From positions 1 to 64,000 of IMG/VR virus record IMGVR_UViG_3300034062_006954: a stretch of 64,000 bases of DNA; one strand, written 5' to 3'. Numbering within the stretch: position 1 is the stretch's first letter; the number at the start of each line of letters is the position of its first letter. The position numbers and the translations under genes are program-made. Of this stretch, positions 10,732 to 20,550 are shown piece by piece. A model generated the notes under the pieces. That model saw nothing but the letters and a program-made list of their open reading frames with translations. It did no database searches and was not told the DNA's origin. Source of the stretch: a virus.

Positions 10732-12420
10732 ATGGCAAATCTTTTTTTAGGGACTATATGTGGTGGAAAAAATCAAATAACTATTGATGAAGGTTCATTA
10801 ACTTTATCAATTGGTGATGTGTGTTCTGTTACTGATGGTGTAGGTAATGTGTATTGTGTTCAAATTACTGATGGAACTCAAGGTCTCGCAACTTATACCG
10901 CACAAACAATTTATGCAAGTTGTGAAAGTTGTGCAATTAGTAATTCATTAAATTTGATAGCTGTAGGATGTGAATCACCAACAAAATATATAATACCATT
11001 AATAAGTCCATTTCCTTCATATGGTGATGTTTTTTATTTAACCCTTGAGGAAAGAGGAAAACAATTTAGTGTGTGTGCATTTATTACCGACTCAACACCA
11101 CAAGCAATATCACATAGTTTAATATCTTCAACTTCGTATATAAATTGTTTAGGTTGTTCAATTTCAGCGAATTCAACCACGTTTTTAGTAGAACAATGTT
11201 TTACTGGGACACAATATTATGTTTTATTACCTGTAGATGTTAATACTGGAAGAATAATATCATTTAATCCAATTAATAGTTTAGACCAATTATGTGGTGA
11301 AATAGTACAAGAAGAACCTGGTACACCACCAACCGCAATATATTTAGCTGATTTTAGAAAAAGTTGTAATGATTGTTTAGATCAAGTATCCGTTAGAAGA
11401 ATAATAGAAAGTTGTATTGATGGAACACAACAAGTTGTATTTGGTTCAGCATTATATAATATAAACGAATCAAGTTTTCTTACAATAAATGATCCTGCTG
11501 AAGGTTTTTCAGGTTGTTATAGAATTGGTGATGTAACTTCAGACCCAGTAACTGTTACAGGCTATTTATCTTACTCACCATCACCATCTTGTGAAGAATG
11601 TGTATCTTGTAATGGTTTTGAGTTTGAATATTTTGTATGTGGAGAACCTGGTTTAACTGGTGAAACTTTTTCACTTCAGTATATAGAAAGTGGACAAACA
11701 TTTTATCATCCTATTTCAGGTTGTTGTGAAGTTAGTCAAATAACAACAGCTGGTACATACAATGAAATTTTTACTAGTTTTTATGAATATAATACTTGTG
11801 AAGAATGTACTGGGTCAACAATAGGTTACGAAACTTGGGTGGCAAATTATTGTAGTGGTGGAGAAGTTATTGTTACAACACCAAGTGGATTTTCTATTGG
11901 TGATATATTGACTCTAAATTCTGGTATCTTAACTAAAGATTGTGTGGAATTAATCTCACCTTACACATCAGAACCAATAACTGAATTTGGTAAAACAACT
12001 GAAACAATATATCCTGATTGTACGACTTGTAATAATAATACATACGTAGCATATCCATTCGTAAATTGTTTGACTAGTGGTGTCCAATATTATACTATAA
12101 ATTTAACTGACTTTGAATCGATAACAAATTATGGGATAGTTAGAGATGGTTCGTATAATTGTTATTATATTATAAATGGTTGTGCAACACCAACTTACCC
12201 AACAATTAGTGGTGTGTATTTTAGAACATGTATTGAATGTACTTCCCCACTTTCAGCTGGAACTGAATCAACTGTTTGTGTAATCTGTTGTCCTTGTACT
12301 TCAGGAGAAACTGTAACATCGGTTATTCCACCACATCCGCAATGGACTAATCAACAAGGTAAGACAATTAGTTTATTAGATGCAATAACATTAGGGGGAC
12401 CTAACGGATTAAATAATTAA
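10732..12420 (+). CDS. cysteine-rich repeat protein (putative fibre/decoration)
   Basis: About seven modules ending in Y-x-x-C-x-x-C; C-terminal 55 aa shared with next gene. Confidence 0.7.
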   Translation: MANLFLGTICGGKNQITIDEGSLTLSIGDVCSVTDGVGNVYCVQITDGTQGLATYTAQTIYASCESCAISNSLNLIAVGCESPTKYIIPLISPFPSYGDVFYLTLEERGKQFSVCAFITDSTPQAISHSLISSTSYINCLGCSISANSTTFLVEQCFTGTQYYVLLPVDVNTGRIISFNPINSLDQLCGEIVQEEPGTPPTAIYLADFRKSCNDCLDQVSVRRIIESCIDGTQQVVFGSALYNINESSFLTINDPAEGFSGCYRIGDVTSDPVTVTGYLSYSPSPSCEECVSCNGFEFEYFVCGEPGLTGETFSLQYIESGQTFYHPISGCCEVSQITTAGTYNEIFTSFYEYNTCEECTGSTIGYETWVANYCSGGEVIVTTPSGFSIGDILTLNSGILTKDCVELISPYTSEPITEFGKTTETIYPDCTTCNNNTYVAYPFVNCLTSGVQYYTINLTDFESITNYGIVRDGSYNCYYIINGCATPTYPTISGVYFRTCIECTSPLSAGTESTVCVICCPCTSGETVTSVIPPHPQWTNQQGKTISLLDAITLGGPNGLNN

Positions 12421-13126
12421 ATAAAGATATTTATAAATAAAATATATTATGGCAGTTAACGCAATTTTATGTACCGATAAATCAACAACATCAGTAGATT
12501 TTGTTGGTTTACCAATATCAGTAGGTCAATTTATTACAGCATCTGATGCACCACAAGCATCAAATGTTATTAATTATTGTGTACAAATAACTGATGTTGA
12601 CATTCCTGGTGGAATATTAACAGCAACAACTGATTCATATACATCTTGTTATGATTGTTTGATTAATAATTACACAAAAGCAAGATTAAATCCTTGTAGT
12701 TCCGATTATCCCTATTTGCCACCATTATTTGATATTAGTGATTTTGGTTATATTTTAGTACCAGGTCAAACATTTAATTTGGAGTTCACTATTGAGGGTA
12801 GAAGTGGTACTGAAACTTTTAGTGGATGTTTTGAAGTTGAGGGGACATTTCAATTATCTGAAGACGAATATATTAGTTTATTAGCTGAACAAGTTGCAAC
12901 ATTAAGTCAAATATTTTTTTATAACTATACAACTTGTGATGAGTGTCTAAACGGATTTTCAGCAGGAACTGAATCAACAATTTGTGTTATTTGTTGTCCT
13001 TGTACAACGGGAGAAACTGTAACATCGGTTGTTCCTCCACACCCAATTTGGACAAATGGCCAAGGTCAAGCAATAACTCAACTAAACGCAATTACATTAG
13101 GTGGACCTAATGGATTAAATAGTTAA
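12253..13126 (+). repeat. 168-bp dispersed repeat (12253..12420 and 12959..13126) encoding the shared C-terminal domain
   Basis: Direct alignment of both 3' ends; many differences are synonymous. Confidence 0.9.
12449..13126 (+). CDS. cysteine-rich repeat protein, short paralog of upstream gene
   Basis: Two YxxCxxC modules plus shared SAGTEST.CVICCPC...TLGGPNGLN tail. Confidence 0.7.
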   Translation: MAVNAILCTDKSTTSVDFVGLPISVGQFITASDAPQASNVINYCVQITDVDIPGGILTATTDSYTSCYDCLINNYTKARLNPCSSDYPYLPPLFDISDFGYILVPGQTFNLEFTIEGRSGTETFSGCFEVEGTFQLSEDEYISLLAEQVATLSQIFFYNYTTCDECLNGFSAGTESTICVICCPCTTGETVTSVVPPHPIWTNGQGQAITQLNAITLGGPNGLNS

Positions 13127-13132
13127 AAAATT

Positions 13133-13597
13133 ATGAGAATTACAGAATCACAACTTAACAAACTTGTTAAAAAAATAGTCAATGAAAAAGACTATGGACA
13201 AATTAAAAACTATATGTTCTTTTCAAATTTAGAACAAATGGTAAGACAAGCACAACAATTACTTAGCCTAGACCCGATGGAAATTGAGCATATCTTACAA
13301 GGTGGTCACGATTGGGCTGATGACCATATTACGGTTGCAAAAGAAAACCTTGACCAAGTATTTGACTTTATGATGAATGAAACTCAACATAGTGACGAGT
13401 ATGAAGAAGAAGAAATGGTTATGATGGAAGGAAAAAAGAAAACTGGTACAAAACTATGTGCAAGAGGCAAAGCTGCTGCAAAAGCTAAATTTAAAGTATA
13501 TCCCTCAGCATATGCAAATGGTTTTGCCATACAAGTTTGTAAAGGTAGAATGAAGGGATTAGATGGTAAAAAACGTTGTTCACCACCTTATTGTTAA
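13133..13597 (+). CDS. putative head-associated protein with basic C-terminal domain
   Basis: MRITESQLNKLVKKIVNE leader; KAKFKVYPSAYANG motif seen in large-virus proteins. Confidence 0.6.
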   Translation: MRITESQLNKLVKKIVNEKDYGQIKNYMFFSNLEQMVRQAQQLLSLDPMEIEHILQGGHDWADDHITVAKENLDQVFDFMMNETQHSDEYEEEEMVMMEGKKKTGTKLCARGKAAAKAKFKVYPSAYANGFAIQVCKGRMKGLDGKKRCSPPYC

Positions 13598-13600
13598 ATA

Positions 13601-13632
13601 AAAAAAAGAGGACTAAATGTCCTCTTTTTTTT
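13601..13632. terminator. bidirectional intrinsic terminator
   Basis: AAAAAAAGAGGAC-TAAAT-GTCCTCTTTTTTT between convergent genes. Confidence 0.85.
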
Positions 13633-13636
13633 GTCT

Positions 13637-14794
13637 TTAGAATGAAGGTTTTGGAATTATATCACCAATCTTAAATTTTTCATTTGTTGCAGGATTCATA
13701 AGTTTATCAGTCAAAACTTCATAAGAACCATCCTGCAATTTTTTGATAAATTTACTTGGACTTGCGGCAACTTTATCCCAATACTCAGAACCAAATTCTT
13801 TTTTAACCTCCACGTCTCCCGAAGTACCAACTTCTTTTGTATTTCTTTCAACTATCTTAGTACCACATTTATCTAAACGTAGGAGATCACTTATACCAGC
13901 ACCTCTTGATTGTAATACAGGTGTACAACTATGATAAATTACACCACTACTATTAGTAATTCTAATTTCGGCAACATCTTTATGGCAATTTGGTAATAGA
14001 CATTGTAAACTCAATCTAACACTATTACCACCTTTACTTGCAATTTCTATAGCCTGTGCTTCCGTAACTTCAACAGTACCATTTCTATTACCTCCATCAA
14101 CCAAATTATTTAAGTTTACTTCTCCGATAACAACGTCATTCAATAAAACATTGAATACCGCCGCATCACATTTGTGCCCTATAAATATTGGGGCACCAGT
14201 TTTTGGATGTTTTCCCATACCACCTCTACAAGGAAATTTATTTGATTTACCGCTATTTTCATAAATAACTTCAATTTTCAATCCAATCAAACAAGTACCT
14301 GGAGCCTGAGCAGCTACAACAACATCAACAAAACGATCTTGCACCGAATTTCCTGTACGTCCTCTAAAAACGTTAATATTTTCTTCATTAGGTGTATCAT
14401 CAACAATTGGTTTCGGTTCAATAGTGGAATTAGCAAAATAATTTCTCAACCAAGTAATCATAGCATCCCTTCTCTTTTTAGCTAAATAAAAATCTTCTTT
14501 AGATTTACCATCGTTTGTTTCATAATCATAATTTGTAGTTGCTGATTCACCACCAAGCACTCTAATATTCAAAGGAACACCAGGATTTTTCTCAACAAAA
14601 GGTAATAATTGACTATCTAATTTTTGTTTAAATCTCGCCTCGTTCTTTATCAAATATTTTCCATCCCCATATAAATCACCAAAATCAATTTTAACTTTGG
14701 CACCTGGTAATGTCTTTTGTTCTTGTATCAATCCATATAGACCTTTTATATATCTCTTTTCGTCTTCGGATATTAATAATCTTCTTTTATACAT
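13637..14794 (-). CDS. hypothetical protein with shared ISEDEK leader; OmpA-like segment possible
   Basis: 385-aa ORF; GGES...LAKKRRDAMITWL loosely resembles OmpA C-domain. Confidence 0.6.
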   Translation of the reverse strand: MYKRRLLISEDEKRYIKGLYGLIQEQKTLPGAKVKIDFGDLYGDGKYLIKNEARFKQKLDSQLLPFVEKNPGVPLNIRVLGGESATTNYDYETNDGKSKEDFYLAKKRRDAMITWLRNYFANSTIEPKPIVDDTPNEENINVFRGRTGNSVQDRFVDVVVAAQAPGTCLIGLKIEVIYENSGKSNKFPCRGGMGKHPKTGAPIFIGHKCDAAVFNVLLNDVVIGEVNLNNLVDGGNRNGTVEVTEAQAIEIASKGGNSVRLSLQCLLPNCHKDVAEIRITNSSGVIYHSCTPVLQSRGAGISDLLRLDKCGTKIVERNTKEVGTSGDVEVKKEFGSEYWDKVAASPSKFIKKLQDGSYEVLTDKLMNPATNEKFKIGDIIPKPSF

Positions 14795-14838
14795 ATCTAT
14801 TGTTTTAGTAATAAATATCCTAAAAGTTAAAAAAAAAT

Positions 14839-15228
14839 CTACCTTTCAGAATAACTTTTAATTATTCTCACATTCGGATAAACTGACTTATGAATATCAA
14901 CTAAGTAGTTTGCGTACTCTTCAGTAAGGTTAAATCTATCAACAATAAATTCTCCATCACGGAATCCAAGGACACATAAGTTTTTTATTTCATAACTTTT
15001 TGGGTCAACATATACAACATCATATGGTATTACGACATCTGTATTCAGAGTAACATTAGTTAAGTCAATTGAATCGCTTGTTTCAAACAAAATGACTAAA
15101 TAACTTACATAAATTGATTTTGTAGTATCAGCTATTTGACAAGTTGGAATAATTACTGAATCTTGGTTAATCTGTGCACTCAAAGTTACAGATACAAACA
15201 GACAGATAAGAAGAATTAGTTTTTTCAT
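14839..15228 (-). CDS. secreted hypothetical protein
   Basis: MKKLILLICLFVSVTLSA-Q signal peptide with Gln at +1 (Bacteroidota pattern). Confidence 0.7.
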   Translation of the reverse strand: MKKLILLICLFVSVTLSAQINQDSVIIPTCQIADTTKSIYVSYLVILFETSDSIDLTNVTLNTDVVIPYDVVYVDPKSYEIKNLCVLGFRDGEFIVDRFNLTEEYANYLVDIHKSVYPNVRIIKSYSER

Positions 15229-15343
15229 AGCAATCAAGTTTTAAATTGTTTAGATGTAAACATAACACTCAAAAATAATATTACAAAATATTTCAGTTCC
15301 TTTTTTCTATAAAAATAAATATTTCTTTTTTTTCATCATTTAC

Positions 15344-15375
15344 TTTGAAATATAACGAGAATGTTATTATCTTTG
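15344..15375 (+). promoter_or_regulatory. Bacteroidota-type primary-sigma promoter
   Basis: TTTG-N20-TATCTTTG upstream of 15405. Confidence 0.7.
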
Positions 15376-15404
15376 TTTCATTCAAAACTAAAAAATAATC
15401 TACT

Positions 15405-15839
15405 ATGTTAAAATTCATCAAACGTTTTTCAAAAAGGATGTATGTAAAATGGTTAATTTGGAACAGAAAAAATGTTTCAGATGGTGATAAAAAAATTTCT
15501 GATACACAGAAGATATGTATGTCAATTGCTCGTTCTTTGATTACCCACCCCAATTCCAAGTTTTTGTTAGCCCCATTAAGTGGTAAACGTTATATTAAAA
15601 ATGCTGAGTTGGAATTGTTTTGTATCTTAGACCACGGAACAATAAGTATTACAAATCACGTATATCATTACGATGTTGTTGTTGGTGAAAGAAATTGGGA
15701 AAGACTCTCTAAAATGTATGATGGTAAAGTGGAAACAATTCGACAAGAATATGAAGACCAAATTATGTCTCAAATTGAACACTCATTGGAAAATATAATA
15801 AAAAAGGTCAAATCTGTTAATGATTTGACCTCCATATAA
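15405..15839 (+). CDS. hypothetical protein
   Basis: 144-aa ORF with own promoter. Confidence 0.7.
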   Translation: MLKFIKRFSKRMYVKWLIWNRKNVSDGDKKISDTQKICMSIARSLITHPNSKFLLAPLSGKRYIKNAELELFCILDHGTISITNHVYHYDVVVGERNWERLSKMYDGKVETIRQEYEDQIMSQIEHSLENIIKKVKSVNDLTSI

Positions 15840-15842
15840 TAA

Positions 15843-16811
15843 TTATTTTTTCTTTGGTTTGTATGATACCATTGTAGGTTTGTTACCAGTACCAATCTTT
15901 GGGTCTTTTTTTTCTGCTCTACGTTTTTGAGCACAAGCGGCTTGTTTCTGTGATTGACTCATTTTACTTGCAACACCAGCTGCTCTACACTTAGGATATC
16001 CTTTTGTATCAGCTTCACTTCTTCCACAAGGGGGATGTTTTCCATCAACCTTTCTACATATATTAACCCAAGGTCCTTTTGGTTGTGATGACCCCTTGGG
16101 TTTTTTCTTTGTACCAAACCATACTGCTAAATCTTCTTTAATTGTGTGGACATCGTGTGTATCAATTTCATAAGAACCTTTATGGTCAGGTTCCCATCGA
16201 CCAACAATTCTTTTAATGTTGTTTTTTGTTGTACTTTTAACTTTTTGATGATTGTAATCAGTATCAACAAATTCTGAAAATGGTGCCAATTGTGGATTTT
16301 TCCATTTTCTCATCCCCAATTCAGTAGGTCCTGTATATACCCCTGAACTAATACTTGTATCTGCTTCAAATAAAATATTCAAATCTTCAGTCAATATTGG
16401 AGCTTCTTCATATCTCCATTCTTTTACATTTGTATTATAAGGTCTTGATAACTCATTCATTGGTGGTCTCTTGATGTTATGACCAGGGAATGGATTAATT
16501 ACATCACCATCATTATCGTTTCTTACAGGATGATTTTTTGCATAAATAGACGCCTTCTTAGCCTTAACTTCAATTTTTTTAATATCTTTCTTTGGTGTAT
16601 CCATAGAACCATCATAACTATCTGTTGCAAGTTGTTGTGAATAATACTTTGATACAGATGTATCATATGGTCCTAATTCACTTTTTTTGAATATTCTTTT
16701 ACCTTGTCTAAGAGGAGGTACAAAAGAACCTCTTGACCCTGTCAAATTACTTGTCGCCTCATTTATTATATCTGATTTGACTTTATTAAAAAGTATGTCT
16801 ATTTTACTCAT
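15843..16811 (-). CDS. hypothetical protein with basic Cys-containing C-terminal domain
   Basis: EDLAVWF...WVNIC...PCGR...YPKCR C-terminus. Confidence 0.65.
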   Translation of the reverse strand: MSKIDILFNKVKSDIINEATSNLTGSRGSFVPPLRQGKRIFKKSELGPYDTSVSKYYSQQLATDSYDGSMDTPKKDIKKIEVKAKKASIYAKNHPVRNDNDGDVINPFPGHNIKRPPMNELSRPYNTNVKEWRYEEAPILTEDLNILFEADTSISSGVYTGPTELGMRKWKNPQLAPFSEFVDTDYNHQKVKSTTKNNIKRIVGRWEPDHKGSYEIDTHDVHTIKEDLAVWFGTKKKPKGSSQPKGPWVNICRKVDGKHPPCGRSEADTKGYPKCRAAGVASKMSQSQKQAACAQKRRAEKKDPKIGTGNKPTMVSYKPKKK

Positions 16812-16818
16812 AAAAAAA

Positions 16819-17034
16819 ATGAACGAAGAAAAATTATTTGGACAATTATTTAATGTTATTCCTCTATTATCTGAAAACCATTTAGATACCCTCTTAGAAA
16901 CTTTGGATAAAGAACATGCTATATATTTTTTAGTACAAGCGGTTAAATATGCTCACACACAAGGTGTATATAGTTTGGGTGAATCCGAAATACTTTCTAA
17001 ATCAATTAGAATAATCTCTAAAGAAAATTCTTAA
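16819..17034 (+). CDS. hypothetical protein
   Basis: MNEEKLF start fills gap between minus-strand genes. Confidence 0.6.
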   Translation: MNEEKLFGQLFNVIPLLSENHLDTLLETLDKEHAIYFLVQAVKYAHTQGVYSLGESEILSKSIRIISKENS

Positions 17035-17447
17035 AGACTACCTGATGGTGTACCACCACCAACGTTTTTTGTTTGTACTTGTATTCCCTCAGGTGTTGGA
17101 GCGGTATTAATACTTGTAACTTTTTTTGTTTCAATATTAGTTATATTAGGACCACCTTTACCATCAGGTGTTGTACCGCCACCAGTTGTATCACCACCAG
17201 TTGTACCACCACCTTTACCATCAGTTGTTGCACCACCTACACCCAAATATTGTTCAATAGCTCCCAATGTTTTAACTCCGAATTGATTATCGGCAGTGCC
17301 AGGATTTTTACCTGCTTTAATCAAAGCATTTTGTAAATCTTGGATTGTGTAGTTCGTTTGGGGTTGAGTTATTTCTGATAAAATTTTTGAGTTGTGTTTT
17401 CTCAAAATTTCATATTTTTCACTTTCTGATATATATAATCTTTTCAT
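17031..17447 (-). CDS. protein with peptidoglycan-binding-like domain and shared leader
   Basis: LQNALIKAGKNPGTADNQFGVKTLGAI matches PG-binding domain pattern; MKRLYISESEK leader. Confidence 0.65.
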   Translation of the reverse strand: MKRLYISESEKYEILRKHNSKILSEITQPQTNYTIQDLQNALIKAGKNPGTADNQFGVKTLGAIEQYLGVGGATTDGKGGGTTGGDTTGGGTTPDGKGGPNITNIETKKVTSINTAPTPEGIQVQTKNVGGGTPSGSL

Positions 17448-17472
17448 ATTAATTTTAATAATTAGTTACTAT

Positions 17473-18552
17473 TTATTGCACTCCTTTAGCTTGTGGTGAT
17501 GTTGCTGTGTTTGTTGTTGTATTAGTTCCACCTTGAATTTTGGCCATTAAAGCATTAATTGTTGCCTGATCCATTTTACCTGATTGTGTTAATCCTAATT
17601 TTTGTTGTACTGCTGAGACTCTTGCACTTAAGTCACCTCCACCAGTATTAGTTCCTCCACCACTTGCCTTTTCTTTTTTACTATCTAAGGCTGAGTAATC
17701 TTGGGCATCAACAATACCATCACCATCACATTTATAATATCTTCTCTCTACCATTCCTTCCCACCAATATGTACCATCTGGTTGGTAAGTAATATTTTTT
17801 CCTTTCTTTTCACTATATCTCTTATAACTTATAATAGTTTTTCCTTCAATATCCTTAACAGGTGTAATACCTTGAGATTTAGGTACACAAGGATAACTTT
17901 TCCAATTTTCTGGTACATTAGCATTACTCGTTGAAGTTCCTGCATTTTTTGATACTTCCTCAGTCTTTTTAATTGCTTTACGTAATGGAATCTTAACACT
18001 ATTTATCCAAGCTTCACTTTTATAAAACTCATCAGACAATACTGACATTAAATCTTTATTATATATTTCTTTATAGTTTTGTATAACTCCACATAAATCA
18101 GGAATACTGGCAATGGAACCTAATTGTTCTGCTATTTTTTTTGCACTATCATCTGTTGCATAACCACCACCTAAATAGTTTGTTGTATTAATTAAATTAT
18201 TTAAATTTTTAGCAATATCATCTAATTTGTCACTATTTATTGCTGGTCCAACTTTGTTTGCTGTACAAAGTTCTCTAATATTTCCATTAAATGTAGGTCT
18301 ATCATTACTACTATATAATGCACCAATCAGTCCCCCAACAGTTCCACCGATAATCATACCTGGAACACCAGCAAACATACCCATTTGAGCACCAGCACCA
18401 GCACCTCTAAGAGTTGAACCAAGAGTACCTTGACTTAGTGCATCGTAGTAAGTAGCTTGTTCTTGCATCAAATATTGTTTTTTTGTATGACTTTCGTGTA
18501 ACTTTAAAATCCTTTCTTTTTCGGATTCATCTAAAAAATATAATTTTTTCAT
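17473..18552 (-). CDS. protein with glycine-zipper and C-terminal PG-binding-like motif
   Basis: GAGAGAQMGMFAGVPGMIIGGTVGGLIGA; VQQKLGLTQSGKMDQATINAL; MKKLYFLDESEK leader. Confidence 0.65.
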   Translation of the reverse strand: MKKLYFLDESEKERILKLHESHTKKQYLMQEQATYYDALSQGTLGSTLRGAGAGAQMGMFAGVPGMIIGGTVGGLIGALYSSNDRPTFNGNIRELCTANKVGPAINSDKLDDIAKNLNNLINTTNYLGGGYATDDSAKKIAEQLGSIASIPDLCGVIQNYKEIYNKDLMSVLSDEFYKSEAWINSVKIPLRKAIKKTEEVSKNAGTSTSNANVPENWKSYPCVPKSQGITPVKDIEGKTIISYKRYSEKKGKNITYQPDGTYWWEGMVERRYYKCDGDGIVDAQDYSALDSKKEKASGGGTNTGGGDLSARVSAVQQKLGLTQSGKMDQATINALMAKIQGGTNTTTNTATSPQAKGVQ

Positions 18553-18648
18553 AATAATAATTTTTTTATTATAAATATCTTAAGATAATAAAAAATTTAT
18601 AAATACAATAAATAAAGAACCCCATCTTTTAAAATGGGGTTATATGAA

Positions 18649-19740
18649 TTAACCTAATTTATCTGGACCATTACCCTTTAAAAACTTATCCAATTCTGTT
18701 AAGTAAGGATTTACACCTTTGGTAAGTTGAGTTGATGGTTCGTTTTTGATAAACCACATCACATCATTTGGATTATCAACTTTTGGTACAAAACCAGCAA
18801 TAACTTGCCAATCTCCAGCTTGTTTAAGTCCAGGGGCTCCCTTACCCGTTGATTTATATACAATCATATTATCACCCGTTGGTAATTTAATTTCCAAAAC
18901 TTCCCTACCTGAAATATTGGTTCTATTAACAACTTTAACATCCTTCGGATTGAACTTCATTGTCTCAAGTTTCTTAGCTTTCCCAAATAATTTATCCAAC
19001 TCAACTTCATGTTTAGTTGTAATAAACCAATTTGATTTAACCCAACTTGGTACAGCATTAGGGATGTTTTTTACTAAATTCTGAGGTGAAAACTTATCAA
19101 GTACAACTTGTCTGAAATTAGTTCCATCAGCTAATTGTCTTGGTAATGTATTAATAACATCATCAATTTTTAATGTCTTATTTTGAAGTCCATCTAATAC
19201 ACTTAAAACTTGCGTCATAGGTATTTTATTACCACTAGCAGATTCTAAGTATTCTAAACCATTAAAAATTGTTTTATTCGTATTCATACTATTCAAAAAA
19301 TTGGTATCAAAAGAACCACTCAATTTACTTAACATTTGATTAGATGGTGTACCAATATTTTTTACTAAATTTTTGTTAGAGAACTTATCAAGTACAACTT
19401 GTCTGAAATTAGTTCCATCAGCCAATTGTCTTGGTAACATATTAATAACCTCATCTACTTTTAAGGTTTTGTTATTTAAACCATCTAAAATAGTTGATAT
19501 TTGAGTCATAGGTATTTTTTTACCACTTGCAGATTCTAAATACTCAATCCCATTAAAAATAGTTTTATTCTTATTCATACTACTGAAAAAATTACTATCA
19601 AAAATACTAGTCAATTTACTTAGCATTTTATTTGGTTGTACATTCATATTCTTCAGAAAGTTGAAGTTAATTTCTGAAACAACGTTTTTAACAAGTTTCG
19701 TTAAATCCTTCTCAGTTAATCTTATTATTTTTTTTCTCAT
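18649..19740 (-). CDS. hypothetical protein with 97-aa tandem duplication and shared leader
   Basis: MRKKIIRLTEKDL leader; LPRQLADGTNFRQVVLDKFS occurs twice, 291 nt apart. Confidence 0.75.
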   Translation of the reverse strand: MRKKIIRLTEKDLTKLVKNVVSEINFNFLKNMNVQPNKMLSKLTSIFDSNFFSSMNKNKTIFNGIEYLESASGKKIPMTQISTILDGLNNKTLKVDEVINMLPRQLADGTNFRQVVLDKFSNKNLVKNIGTPSNQMLSKLSGSFDTNFLNSMNTNKTIFNGLEYLESASGNKIPMTQVLSVLDGLQNKTLKIDDVINTLPRQLADGTNFRQVVLDKFSPQNLVKNIPNAVPSWVKSNWFITTKHEVELDKLFGKAKKLETMKFNPKDVKVVNRTNISGREVLEIKLPTGDNMIVYKSTGKGAPGLKQAGDWQVIAGFVPKVDNPNDVMWFIKNEPSTQLTKGVNPYLTELDKFLKGNGPDKLG

Positions 19741-19775
19741 TATAATATTTTTTTATTATAAATATCAATGAGTAA

Positions 19776-20453
19776 TTAATATTTATTCCCCTTCTTTATA
19801 TTTTCTAAACCCCACATTGGTTGTAAATTATCCAATGACCAACACTTCTTAAACTCTTCATCCTCACTACCCTCAAATATAAATGATGAAATTGGTTTGA
19901 TATGGTCAATATGCCATTCACCATAGTTATCCCAATTCATACCATCATTAAATTGTTTTTCTAAATGAACAATAAGTTGTTCAGGAGTATATCCCAATAT
20001 ATCAAAGTAATGACCATACTTTTGTAAATTGTTTTCTTTTAATACAATGTATATCGCTGACCTAAAGTTGGAGATGAGTTTATAGAGGGGATCTGTATGT
20101 CTTTTGTGTTTTTGATATACTCTCTTTCTTTCTCTGTGTTTATCTATATTTTTTTCTCTCCATTCTTTATGATAGATGTTTAGTTTGTTTCTATTATTTT
20201 TTTGCCATTCAGAAAAATAATCTAATCTTTTCTGTCTATTTTTTTCATACCATTTTTTATCACTTACAGATTTACCACCCCTGAATTTCATACCTGGTGT
20301 ACCAACATTTACATTGTTTTCTTTTAATACTCGTAAGACTATGTGTTTTTTCAAACCTAACTTTTCAGAAATAGATGGACTACCCAACATCTCTTCGTTG
20401 TATAATCTAATTATTTCTTTTACAATTGTGATATCTAATTCTATTTTTTTCAT
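19776..20453 (-). CDS. HNH homing endonuclease-like protein with N-terminal HTH
   Basis: WDNYGEWHIDHIKP...NLQPMWGLENIKKGNK. Confidence 0.85.
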   Translation of the reverse strand: MKKIELDITIVKEIIRLYNEEMLGSPSISEKLGLKKHIVLRVLKENNVNVGTPGMKFRGGKSVSDKKWYEKNRQKRLDYFSEWQKNNRNKLNIYHKEWREKNIDKHRERKRVYQKHKRHTDPLYKLISNFRSAIYIVLKENNLQKYGHYFDILGYTPEQLIVHLEKQFNDGMNWDNYGEWHIDHIKPISSFIFEGSEDEEFKKCWSLDNLQPMWGLENIKKGNKY

Positions 20454-20496
20454 ATAATATAAATATAAACATTATAGCGATTGTGTCAACTATAAA

Positions 20497-20529
20497 TAAA
20501 AAAAAGAGGGACAAAAACTTGTCCCTCTC
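20497..20529 (-). terminator. intrinsic terminator of major capsid gene
   Basis: GAGGGACAA/TTGTCCCTC stem with T-run on minus strand. Confidence 0.8.
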
Positions 20530-20550
20530 GTCAATATTAACTAAGATTGA

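Noticed and set aside
12253-13126. Possible DGR template/variable repeat pair
   Set aside because: Both copies are coding, differences are largely synonymous and not adenine-specific, and no reverse transcriptase is in the window
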